Sequence record: LR026971.1
Strand: one strand, 5' to 3'
Length of the DNA stretch: 32,000 nucleotides
The notes below the pieces were generated by a model that saw only the letters and a list, made by a program, of their open reading frames with translations, was not told where the DNA came from and ran no database searches. The translations under genes and the position numbers were made by a program. Of this stretch, positions 20,157 through 30,011 are shown in pieces (the first letter of the stretch is position 1; each line of letters opens with the position of its first letter).

Positions 20157-22148
20157 AAAAGTCTTACTTAAGTCCATCGTACAATCTAATCCTTGTACGA
20201 TTAAAGAGGATGAATTTCAAGAAGAGCTTGCCAAATGCAAGGTTACTTGAAGCGAAGCTTGTTAAGTAGATTTTCAGTTTATACTGATTAAAATAAACAA
20301 GAATGTTCAACGACTAGAAGATGAAATCTATCTACAGAATAGTCTTCATATGCTTTAGATTTATATAAGGGAATTAATACATTATATAAATTAGCTATAG
20401 TTTCCTCCATCAATTTTTAAATATAAAGTAAAAACCTTTTTTAATTGATGATGACATAGTCTGAACCATATTGAAAAATATGGAGTAAAAGATAAAGATT
20501 ATCTTTAACTGTTTTGAAAGTTAATGAGAGTTTTACTAGGTCAGCTTATTTTGAAGATAAGCTGAAGGATAAACATATATTGATTATATTAGCTTGCTTA
20601 TTTGAGTTGTTGATATTACAACTAAAAAAATTTATATTTATGCTTGCCCTAGATAATTTTTATCAAGCCAGACAAGCTACGCCGAAAAATTATAATTTAA
20701 ATATTTCGAGCTCGCACCTTAATAAATTATACTCTAAAAAAAAGATTTTTTTTAAATCTACTTATAGAATGTATAGTACATTGTTTACAGATAAAGAACT
20801 AGCAGTTATGGGTTTATCTTCACTACATCCGTATGTAACTATGTCGGAAGATGAAATTCAAAAATTTTATGCATGATTTGCGGGCTTTACCGATGCTGAA
20901 GGATATTTTTACATAGCTATCAGTAGCAGTTGTGCTTTTAGATTTCAAATTAATTTACACAAAGATGATATGCATGTACTATATTTTATTCAAAAAAATT
21001 TAGGATTTGGTGAAGTTAGGTCTTATAATAATTATTCATCTTTTACCGTGACAAGACTTAAAGATGTAAAAAAATTAATTGTTATTTTTTCTCAACATCC
21101 CCTTCAAGGTTCTAAGTGACTTAATTATAAAGACTTTGCTAAAGCTTTTGAGCTGTATACTAATTCACGCTACGCTGCGGATTCTAATCTTTTAAAAGAA
21201 ATTTTGGAAATAAAAAATGGTATGAATAAATTAAGATCTGATTATACTTCCCTTAAAGAAATTAATATAACACCTTACTGACTTTTAGGTTTTATTGAAG
21301 GAGAAGGTTGTTTTAGTATTAATAAAGGTAATAGTTATAGATTAGATTTTAGTTTAACACAAGCATATTCTAATCTGGAATTAATGAAAAAAATTAAAAG
21401 TTATCTTGAGAATCTCCCAAATGCTGGAGGTAACTATGCCAATGCTTTAGGTATATCTATAATTAAGTATAGTAATATTAATCACCAGTCTACTGTTAGA
21501 ATTGAGACTACACGTATACCTTATATTACAAATATTTTAATACCCTTTTTAGAAAATCTAACTTGACATAGTAAAAAACAATTAGATTTTCAAGATTGAA
21601 AAATTATATTAATGTTAAAAGAGAAAGGTCATCATTTTACGGAGCAAGGTGTTAATTTAATAGATCGTATTTTAAATCAAATGAATAACAATAGACTTTC
21701 TACGAATACTAAAGTATTGAAATCTAATGTAGATCGATCACTTTTATTAGCTGATATTAAAGATATACTTAATGGACCTTCTAATTTTGAGATAAAGAAT
21801 GGTCAAAAGTTTATAATTTCATTAAATAAATATTATAAATCTTCTCGTAAAAATAGTAGTGTGGAAATATTGGATGATGTAGGTAATATTATTCTTTCAT
21901 TTGAGTCTTTAGCAGACTGTAGTGCATACCTTAAAGTTGACCCCAGCACTGTATCCAAGAGAATTAAACATAACATATCTTTTTCTTTAAATAATAAACA
22001 AGTTTATGTGAAAAAAAGCGAGAAATAAGGAATTTAGTACTTCGTCGCGCTGCGTGGGTATAATTTTGTGGTTTGGGGGTGTAGGTATCTTTAATAAATT
22101 AATACAAATAACAGCAAACATATTAATAAGTGAAACATAACATAATTG
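20157..22148 (+). mobile_element. Group I intron cox2-i2 with LAGLIDADG ORF; paralogue of cox1-iG
   Basis: Has the same core strings as 6127-6536, including GATGACATAGTCTGAACC (20448-20465) and the terminal AACATAATTG. The ORF sits downstream of that motif. Confidence 0.75.
20514..22028 (+). CDS. LAGLIDADG homing endonuclease with C-terminal helix-turn-helix extension
   Basis: Track ORFs 20514-20876, 21384-21566 and 21612-22028 share one frame across TGA. Motifs are WFAGFTDAEGYFYI and WLLGFIEGEGCFSI. The tail reads ..FESLADCSAYLKVDPSTVSKRIK... The frame opens after TAA 20493-20495 and the start codon is uncertain (TTG 20514, or ATG ~20641). Confidence 0.8.
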
Positions 22149-22580
22149 GAAGTTAGTGATCCTTCAATGTCAGTTTTAGCAGAGGGTCACCAATGATATT
22201 GAAGTTACCAATATCCTGATTTTTTAGATTCTAATGATCAATTCATAGAATTTGATTCATATATAGTACCAGAATCTGATTTAGATGAAGGAGGATTAAG
22301 AATGTTAGAAGTGGATAATAGAGTTGTTCTTCCTGAATTAACACATGTTAGATTTATTATAACAGCAGGTGATGTTATACATTCTTTTGCTGCTCCTGCT
22401 TTAGGTATAAAATGTGATGCATACCCTGGAAGATTAAATCAAGTATCTGTTTTTATTAATAGAGAAGGAGTATTCTACGGTCAATGTTCAGAAATATGTG
22501 GAATATTACACAGCTCTATGCCTATAGTAATAGAATCGGTATCTTTAGAAAAATTCCTTATTTGATTAAAAGAACAATAG
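22149..22580 (+). CDS. cox2: cox2 exon 3
   Basis: [143 protein letters not shown]. Stop is TAG 22578-22580. Confidence 0.9.
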
Positions 22581-22625
22581 GAGGGATAGGTTGTTAAACT
22601 AAAATGTCTGTTTTGTATTTATATT

Positions 22626-22644
22626 ACGACGACGAAGTCGTCGT
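22626..22644. repeat. GAA-loop mini-hairpin
   Basis: ACGACGAC-GAA-GTCGTCGT in the cox2-nad4 spacer. Confidence 0.8.
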
Positions 22645-23158
22645 ATTGGCGGTGACAAAGTCGCCGCAAGAAGTCATACAACAAGGTCGTACGAATTACG
22701 AATACTTTTTTTTTTAAGAATAGCGGCTCGCGAGAGCGGGATACGGCGCTATATATAAAGCTCGTCTTTATATTAAGATTTTATATTTTGTTGGGGCGCG
22801 ACGACGAAGTATATATGCATACTTCGTAGGCGCAGGCTCATAATTAATGCGAAGCGCGAAACACAAAACGCAAAACACTAAAACTAAATATATAATGCGT
22901 ATGGTAGCCATACGTATTGTTTATTTAATCCTTTTAAACATATTTTATAAGAAAAGGGGAGAAGCCTTAAAATTAGTTTACTACTTTTAAACAGGTTAAT
23001 CCTTAAAGTTAAAGCCCCTTTATAGATAAAGATTAATTTATTCTTACAATAATATCTTACTTAATTAAAAAATTAATTAGGATTTTTTATTTTTATAAAG
23101 TTCAAGGGGCTAACCTTGAAGGTAATTTTTTTTTTTTAGTAGGGTAGTATATTTTAAT

Positions 23159-24733
23159 TTGATTTTTATTCAAATGTCAGGATTGTTATATGCTCTATTA
23201 ATTATACCTATGATAGGTATTTTTTTTATTTTAAGTTTTGATAGTTATAATTTTAATATTACTAGTAATAACAGTAATAGTGGGAGTTTTAGTGAAGCCG
23301 GAGCTGGTAAGAATAGTGGAGGAGAATTATTAAAAGTCCTCGTAATAAATAATGAATTAAATTTTTATAAAAAAATTGCTTTTATAACTACAATTATGAA
23401 TTTAATTGTATCATTAATAATTTATATCTTGTTTGATTTTAGTACTAATCAATTTCAATTTGTACAAGATGATTTGGAATTAAGTGTTTATAATATATAT
23501 TTAGGGGTGGATGGTCTTTCAATATATTTTGTATTATTAACAACTATAATAATGCCTATAGCATTAATATCAAATTGAAATTCAATAACACATAATATTA
23601 AGGCATATTTAATAATAATATTATTGCTGGAAACTCTTTTATTGGCCGTATTTTTAGTATTAGATGTATTATTATTTTATATATTTTTTGAAAGTATATT
23701 ACCGCCTTTATTTATATTAATAGGTTTATTTGGATCAAGTAATAAAGTAAGAGCTAGTTTTTATATTTTTTTATATACATTGTTAGGATCATTATTTTTA
23801 TTATTATCTATTTTAACTATGTCTTCTTTAATTGGTACAACATATTTGGATGTTTTATCAAAAAGTAATTTTGAATATACAACTCAAATATTTTTATTTT
23901 TAGGAGTATTTATAGCTTTTGCTGTAAAAACTCCTACAGTTTTCTTAAATAGTTGATTATTAAAAGCTCATGTAGAATCGCCCTTAGGTGGAAGTATAGT
24001 ACTTGCAGGTATTGTATTAAAATTAAGTTTATATGGTATATTTAGACTAATCCTACCTTTATTACCTAAAATATCTTTAAATTATACTTCTATAATTTTT
24101 AGTATAGGTATTATTACAATAATTTATGCCAGTTTTAGTACATTACGAACTATAGATATAAAAGAACTAATTGCTTATAGCTCAGTATCTCATGCTGCAG
24201 TTTATTTAATAGGTGTATTCAGTAATATTATTCAAGGGATTGAAGGTGGTATACTTTTAGGTTTAGGACATGGATTTGTGTCAAGTGGGCTATTTATATG
24301 TGCAGGAGGTGTATTGTATGATAGATCTGGTACCAGAATAATATCTTACTATAGAGGAACTGCTCAAGTAATGCCTTTGTTCTCCATACTTTTTTTCATT
24401 TTATGTTTAGGTAATTGTGGTGCACCTTTAACTTTAAATTTTGTAGGGGAATTTATGTCTTTATATGGAACTTTTGAAAGATTACCTTTATTAGGTCTAT
24501 TTTCTAGTTCTTCTATGATATTCTCGGCCGCTTACACTATATATATGTATAACCGTATAGCTTTCGGTGGTTCATTTAGTAAATTCTTTGAAGAAAATAT
24601 TGGTGATGTAACTAAAAGAGAATTCTTTTTATTATTTACTTTAATAATATTTACTATTATGTTTGGAATATACCCATCCTTTATTTTAGATGGCTTACAT
24701 TATAATGTAACAAGTTTATTGTTTGGTGTTTAG
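23159..24733 (+). CDS. nad4: nad4, uninterrupted
   Basis: Track ORFs 23159-23578, 23624-23956 and 24278-24733 share one frame joined by TGA=W. Includes ..WLLKAHVESPLGGSIVLAGIVLKLSLYGIFRLILP..AYSSVSHAAVYLIGVF... The start is either TTG 23159 or ATG 23174. Confidence 0.9.
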
Positions 24734-24798
24734 AGTACTTTGTTGCTGTAATAAATAACAAAAGCAACTGTTTTCGTTTTTATTTTTTTTTTTTTTAC

Positions 24799-24833
24799 GA
24801 GGTATCTAAAAGATATCGAAAGCCGTCCATACA
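24799..24833 (+). repeat. 35-nt direct repeat, copy 1
   Basis: GAGGTATCTAAAAGATATCGAAAGCCGTCCATACA is identical to 25723-25757. Confidence 0.9.
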
Positions 24834-25426
24834 GTTCTGACATTAAGCCCCTTATGAGTGCAAATTCATAGGAGGGAATTCATTAAAGATTTTAAGCTAT
24901 ACAGCTACTATCTCAAATTAGAAAAAACTAATTTTAATTAGTGAAGTCCTGGAAATGTGGTTAAAAAGCAGTTTGATGTTCGCGCTAAGCTTGATAGAAG
25001 AGTAAAAAACTCTTCAAGCTTAGCTTGAAATTGTTATGTTATACAATAAATTAGATAAAATTTTATTTATCCTCCTCGTGTACTAATTGATGGATGAAAA
25101 TAAGTAAAAAGAGTACCTCGGAGAAAACCGGAATCCTAAGCCTGGTGTCGAGCTGTGAATTTGAGAGGGTAACCGATCAAACAATAAACTCTAAGTTAGA
25201 AAAAATAAATAAATAAATTCCGGTAATTTTCCAATTTTCCTGCGAAGCCGAGGGGTAATCCTCAATTTTTAAGAGCTCGCGCCTAATAGAGTCTTTAAAA
25301 AGTGTATGACACACATACTCCATAGTACAAAAAATATTGTTATAAAGGATACCTTTGACCTAGGCAGGCTTCTAAACCCTCCGGGATATGAAGTAGAGCT
25401 CGAAAGTAATTATACGAATCACTTCA

Positions 25427-25437
25427 GGCGCAAGCTC
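25427..25437 (+). repeat. MUSE-type undecamer, exact
   Basis: Exact 11-mer in the nad4-atp8 spacer. Confidence 0.85.
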
Positions 25438-25722
25438 GACCCAATATCTCCCACTATATCACTAACCACTATGATAAAAAGATATCTTCGGATACTTATG
25501 AAGTTATCTGGTTAGGTTATGTATAGTTGCGATGTGCTGGGAAGAAAGTGGTATGTTAATACGGAGCGAGCTTGTGCCGCGCCACATGGTTATATAGGTT
25601 GGTTTGGGATACCCTATGGGATAATTTAGAGCATAATATAAAAAATGAAAAGAGTAAGGTACAGGTCAGGACGTATAATCACGCCGTACACTGCGAACTA
25701 ACTCGTCACAAAAAGCTGGCTG

Positions 25723-25757
25723 GAGGTATCTAAAAGATATCGAAAGCCGTCCATACA
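25723..25757 (+). repeat. 35-nt direct repeat, copy 2
   Basis: Identical to 24799-24833. Confidence 0.9.
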
Positions 25758-25837
25758 TACTTCGTCTGCTATATATTGTGCTATATATAGCGCAATCTCC
25801 TCCCCCCTCCTCCTCCTCCTCGCACACACCATATCAT

Positions 25838-25872
25838 GCTTGTGCCTGCTTGCACCTCAAGCAGGCACAAGC
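25838..25872. repeat. Perfect hairpin (14-bp stem, 7-nt loop)
   Basis: GCTTGTGCCTGCTT-GCACCTC-AAGCAGGCACAAGC. The arms resemble degenerate MUSE words. Confidence 0.85.
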
Positions 25873-26008
25873 TCAATATTTACATCTTCCTATGCTCTGG
25901 CATAAGTTTAAATTAATATATAAGGCTGCGCAAGCTAAAGCTCTTATTATTTAAACTTAGAACTTGATACTTTTATATCAGTATTATTTCTATTTTTTCA
26001 TAATTTAT

Positions 26009-26161
26009 ATGCCTCAATTAGTCCCATTTTATTTTGTTAATGAAATAACATTTACTTTTATTATACTTGCTATAACTGTGTATATTTTATCTAAGTACAT
26101 TTTACCTAGATTTGTTCGTTTATTCTTATCTCGTACTTTTATATCTAAACTTTTAGGATAA
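26009..26161 (+). CDS. atp8: atp8
   Basis: [50 protein letters not shown]. The canonical MPQL start is 15 codons downstream of the track start. Confidence 0.9.
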   Translation: MPQLVPFYFVNEITFTFIILAITVYILSKYILPRFVRLFLSRTFISKLLG

Positions 26162-26490
26162 ATAAAAAGGCTACTGCTCCTGCAGCTAAGCGCAAGCTAA
26201 AGCTAAGGAGCTCGCATAGGCAGGCTGGCGGCGTAGCCGCAGCAACAGAGGTACAAATTGAGGATATTGGTCTTTTTTGGCGCTATACGTAGCGCGGCGC
26301 CATATACAGCGCTATATATAGCGCTATATATAGCGCAAGCTCCCCCTCCTCCTCCTCTTATTATATAAACATATGAAACCTCATACTCATAACTAGCATA
26401 GAGAGTTATCGTTAATGGTAACATTTCATGAGGTTACTTTTTTATTAGCACTTTTTTTTTGATTATGTTTTTAATTTTTATATCTTTATT

Positions 26491-26631
26491 ATGTATTATT
26501 CTATCATTATTTCATTAATTGAGGTTGTATTGGTATTAGTTCCTGCCCTTTTAGGTATAGCTTATGTTACAATTGCGGAAAGAAAAACTATGGCAAGTAT
26601 GCAAAGAAGATTAGGTCCTAATTTCGTAGGT
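26491..26631 (+). CDS. nad1: nad1 exon 1
   Basis: MYYSIIISLIEVVLVLVPALLGIAYVTIAERKTMASMQRRLGPNFVG. Confidence 0.9.
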
Positions 26632-28059
26632 CGCACACACAGCGTCTCTAGTTCTTTTAAAAAATATTATCATACTTCTACAACTGATAAATTAATAAAT
26701 GGTTTATATTTAAACAGAAAAGCTCCTATTAAGCCTTTTAAAGACGGCGCAGCCGTAATTAAAACTTGTGAGGATTTATTGTCTCCTTCGGATCTTAAGA
26801 CTTTTTTCAGAAGTATTAAAAGTAAAGGGGGTATATATATATTTACTTACAAAGAAAATCCTGAGATTTTTTATATAGGAAGAGCTAAAAATTTTAGAAA
26901 TAGATTTAAAGCTCATCTTAATATAAATTTACAAGATAAATTTCATATTTTTGCTAATGCTGTAGGTTGAGATAAATTTCATTTTTCAATTATTCAGATT
27001 TGTAGTTTAGATATTCAAAAAGAAAGAGAGAATTATTATTTACAAAAATACTTACCTTTATTAAATACAATATATAAAAGTGAGATGTATACTATACAAA
27101 ATTACGACTCTTTACATGAAATATTAAAACTTAAACAATTAGAATGAAACAAAGATAATAAATATTCAGGTATACCTGTCTATTTATATACTTATAGTGA
27201 AGGATCACTTAAGGATAACTATATCAAATTCGAGAGTATTAATAAATTATCTCAATATTTAAATATAAGCAGAGAAACTATAAATATTTATTTAAATACT
27301 TATGTTCCTTATAAAAGCAATATTTTTTTAACTGATTTAATAGTAGATTTTGAATTAATAGACAAATTAGTAAGTGATACCATTCAAGGATTAGATTTAG
27401 ATCGTACTATAAGTAAAAAAGTCTGAGTTTATTCTATAGATACAAAAAGTAATATTGTTAAAAACATTTATAATTCTATAGGTGAGACAATTAAAATTTT
27501 AAATGTGTCACATAATTCAGTAAATAATCACTTAGATAAGTGAATACCTGGTGGTATTAAAAACAATTATTTATTTAGTAATGAATTGGATAATTTAAAT
27601 ATAGAAAGATTAAAAGAAGTTCATTTTTCTAGAAAACATAATAACCTTAATGTTTGAATATATGATGCTAATACTTTAGAATTAATAGGTAATTTTAATA
27701 GTATAAAAAAAGCAGCAGATTATTTTAATGTAGATTATAGATCTTTAATTAATCATTTAGATACTAAAGAAGCTATAAATAAAGGAGGAATATTTATATA
27801 TTTATTTAAAAATGAGTTAGATACAGAAGATTTAAATCTTTTATCTAATAAATTTAATAAAGTTTCTAATATGACAACTAGTATTTGAGTATATAAATAT
27901 GTAGATGATAAATTAACTTTAATCAATGACAATAAACCTAGCTATATTTCTAAATTATCTTTATCTAAAGATTTAAAAATAAGTGTTAAAACAATAAACA
28001 AATATTTAGATTCAAATGAATCATATAAAGGGTATTATTTTTATAGTATATGTAAATAA
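26632..28059 (+). CDS. GIY-YIG homing endonuclease with serial helix-turn-helix modules, in frame with nad1 exon 1
   Basis: GGIYIFTYKENPEIFYIGRAKNFRNRFKAHL is followed by repeated units such as FESINKLSQYLNISRETINIYL, YNSIGETIKILNVSHNSVNNHL, FNSIKKAADYFNVDYRSLINHL and ISKLSLSKDLKISVKTINKYL. Stop is TAA 28057-28059. Confidence 0.85.
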
Positions 28060-28457
28060 TAGTAAAAATAAAGCGTAGGAAACTTTATTTGGCCTTTAAA
28101 CCATCAAATTGACGGGGAAGCCTTAAAGCTATTTAGACTAAGCAAATTAAGTAATTAAGTTGTGGCTCGAAAGAGGTATAGTAACACATAAATAGATGCA
28201 CGAAAGGAAATAGGTAATCCGCAGCCAAGCCCCATATATTTATTGTATAAGTAATGGTGTGCAGTTCATCGACTAGACGGTGGTTGGTATTATTGTTCAC
28301 ATAATACTTAAGATATAGTCAGACCCTATCCGAAAGGATACAGGAATATTTATATAATATTCTGTTAAATGGATAATATTTTTATTATTCAGGGAGAAGG
28401 CCCCTGCCTAAATCTACAGTATGATTTTTTTTATACATGATTAAAAGGGGAGATTCG
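26632..28457 (+). mobile_element. Group I intron nad1-i1 with GIY-YIG ORF
   Basis: The ORF is 5' and the core 3': CCGCAGCCAAGC ~28220, GGTGTGCAGTTCATCGACTAGACG ~28256, AAGATATAGTCAG 28310-28322. This is the same motif set as nad4L-i1. It ends in G28457. Confidence 0.8.
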
Positions 28458-28604
28458 TATTATGGACTACTTCAAGCCTTTGCCGATGCTTTAAAACTAT
28501 TATTAAAAGAATATGTAGCACCAACACAAGCTAACATAATCTTATTCTTTTTAGGTCCTGTTATTACATTAATTTTTTCTCTTTTAGGTTATGCAGTAAT
28601 ACCT
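28458..28604 (+). CDS. nad1: nad1 exon 2
   Basis: YYGLLQAFADALKLLLKEYVAPTQANIILFFLGPVITLIFSLLGYAVIP. The 3' junction is ambiguous within the TATG shared by both junctions. Confidence 0.85.
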
Positions 28605-28736
28605 TATGTCCATAGGGTTATATAGTCAAACTACGGGGAACTCCTAAAGCTTATAGTACTAAACTAGGTACGAAAGTACTTAAGTGGCTGAAGTAATTAT
28701 TCGGGTATAGTAATAAGTTATAAGATGATCAGAGGG

Positions 28737-28747
28737 GGCGCAAGCTC
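28737..28747 (+). repeat. MUSE-type undecamer, exact, in a hairpin loop of nad1-i2
   Basis: CAGAG-gg-GGCGCAAGCTC-g-CTCTG. The paralogous position in nad5-i2 lacks it. Confidence 0.85.
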
Positions 28748-29143
28748 GCTCTGAGAAATGGACAATCGCGTATCTAAGTCAGTATTAAGAGAGCTCGCGC
28801 CTATAATACTGTAAAAGAGCAACGAGCAGACGGCTATAGGTATTTATAATATTATTGTAAATATTTAAGGTGTGCTCTATAAGCTTAGAAATAAGTTATC
28901 GTAAATTGTATCGTAAAAATAATAGCGGTTCACCATTAATTGAAAAGGCTGTACGCCACTCTAATTCTTTAAAAGTTAATTTTCGTCGTAATTATTCTAC
29001 GACGACGTCGAAAAATAAAAGCGACGAACGCCTCGCACAAGTAAATCCTTGATTTATAACAGGATTTACCGACGCTGAGGGTTGTTTTATGTGTAATATG
29101 ATAAAAAAACCTAAATATAAAGCAGGTTGAGAAATTCAACCCG

Positions 29144-29154
29144 GAGCTTGCGCC
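29144..29154 (-). repeat. MUSE-type undecamer, exact, at the frameshift point of the nad1-i2 ORF
   Basis: An exact GAGCTTGCGCC interrupts ..KAGWEIQP | QIKLHVKD... Confidence 0.85.
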
Positions 29155-29330
29155 TCCAAATTAAACTCCACGTTAAAGATTTTTTTGTTATATTAGGAAT
29201 TCAACGTAGTTTAGTGCGAAGCCTATATCGGTACTGTAGTTAATCGCCAATCTACATGTACTTTTAGAGTCAGAAAATTGCAAGAGCTAATAGAATTAAT
29301 TAAATTTTTTGATAAGTATCCTTTAATTTC

Positions 29331-29374
29331 TCTCCGGCCCCGCGCCATCGAGCGAAGCGATGGCGCGAGGGAGA
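29331..29374. repeat. GC-rich hairpin element inserted in the nad1-i2 ORF
   Basis: TCTCC..CGCGCCATCG-AGCGAAG-CGATGGCGCG..GGAGA, with a 10-bp perfect inner stem. It splits ..FFDKYPLIS from the following conserved segment. Confidence 0.8.
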
Positions 29375-29759
29375 AAAAAAGGGGATTATCTATTATTTAA
29401 ACAAATTGTTTCTATTATCCTATTAAAAGAACATTTGACTACTAAAGGTTTACAAAGAATTATTAATGTAAAAGCAACTTTAAATTTCGGGGCGCTAGCT
29501 CTCAAAAGAATTACAATTAATGTTTCCTGAAACTATTCCAGTTGCCCGTCCTTTAAGAGAACCTTGCGTAATTCCGGATGCACAGTGAATATCTGGATTT
29601 ACGTCAGGTGAAGGTAATTTCTCTGTTTCTTTAGATAATGGTATTTTTAAGTCTCTTCTATTTAAAATTACTCAGCATGAAAAAGATGAGTTATTATTAA
29701 TTGCAATTAAAGATTATTTAAATTGTGGGTATTGTTATTTAAGAAAAAAATAAAACATG

Positions 29760-29770
29760 GGCGCAAGCTC
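29760..29770 (+). repeat. MUSE-type undecamer, exact
   Basis: Exact 11-mer inside the decayed nad1-i2 ORF. Confidence 0.85.
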
Positions 29771-30011
29771 GATTTTAAAGTTACTAAGTTTTCTTATATT
29801 ACTGAAATTATAATACCTTTTTTTATTAATAATCCAATATTAGGTATAAAATCTTTAGATTTTAAAGATTGATGCTTAGTATGCTTCGCCAGGAAATAGT
29901 AAAAAAAAGAGAGCATAAACAAGAAGAAAATATTCTAAAAATAAAAGAAATTCAAAAGGGTATGAATAGGGGAAGAAGTTTTTAAATTTTTTATTATTAC
30001 TTTTATATAAG

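Larger units (their letters stand above)
28870..29985 (+). pseudogene. Degenerate LAGLIDADG homing endonuclease ORF, disrupted by GC-element insertions
   Basis: WFITGFTDAEGCFM is intact. The frame is lost at GAGCTTGCGCC 29144-29154 (stop TAG ~29187). Recognisable pieces continue in other frames: QIKLHVKDFFVILGIQ, ..FFDKYPLIS.., WISGFTSGEGNFSVS, ..GMNRGRSF with stop 29983-29985. GC inserts separate them at 29331-29374, 29490-29500 and 29760-29770. Confidence 0.8.
28605..30011 (+). mobile_element. Group I intron nad1-i2 with decayed LAGLIDADG ORF; paralogue of nad5-i2
   Basis: Core strings are shared with 12028-13479. Both introns follow a CCT codon and end in ..AAG. Confidence 0.75.

Noticed and set aside
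24799-24850. GAAAGCCGTCCATACAGTTCTGAC considered as a possible RNase P RNA (rnpB) P4-like core.
   Set aside because: It resembles the GGAAAGUCC / ACAGAAUUCGG consensus only loosely, I could find no complementary partner helix, and the string is part of a duplicated 35-mer.
25306-25515. An orphan 69-codon + strand ORF in the nad4-atp8 spacer.
   Set aside because: It has no recognisable motif or transmembrane pattern, it is partly encoded by a MUSE copy (25427-25437), and it is short. It is kept only as context for the repeat-bracketed block.
14509-29770. Recurrent short GC repeats considered as a possible CRISPR-like array.
   Set aside because: The units are only 11 nt, occur in both orientations, have irregular spacing from 0 to thousands of nt, and lie in a mitochondrial genome with no cas genes.
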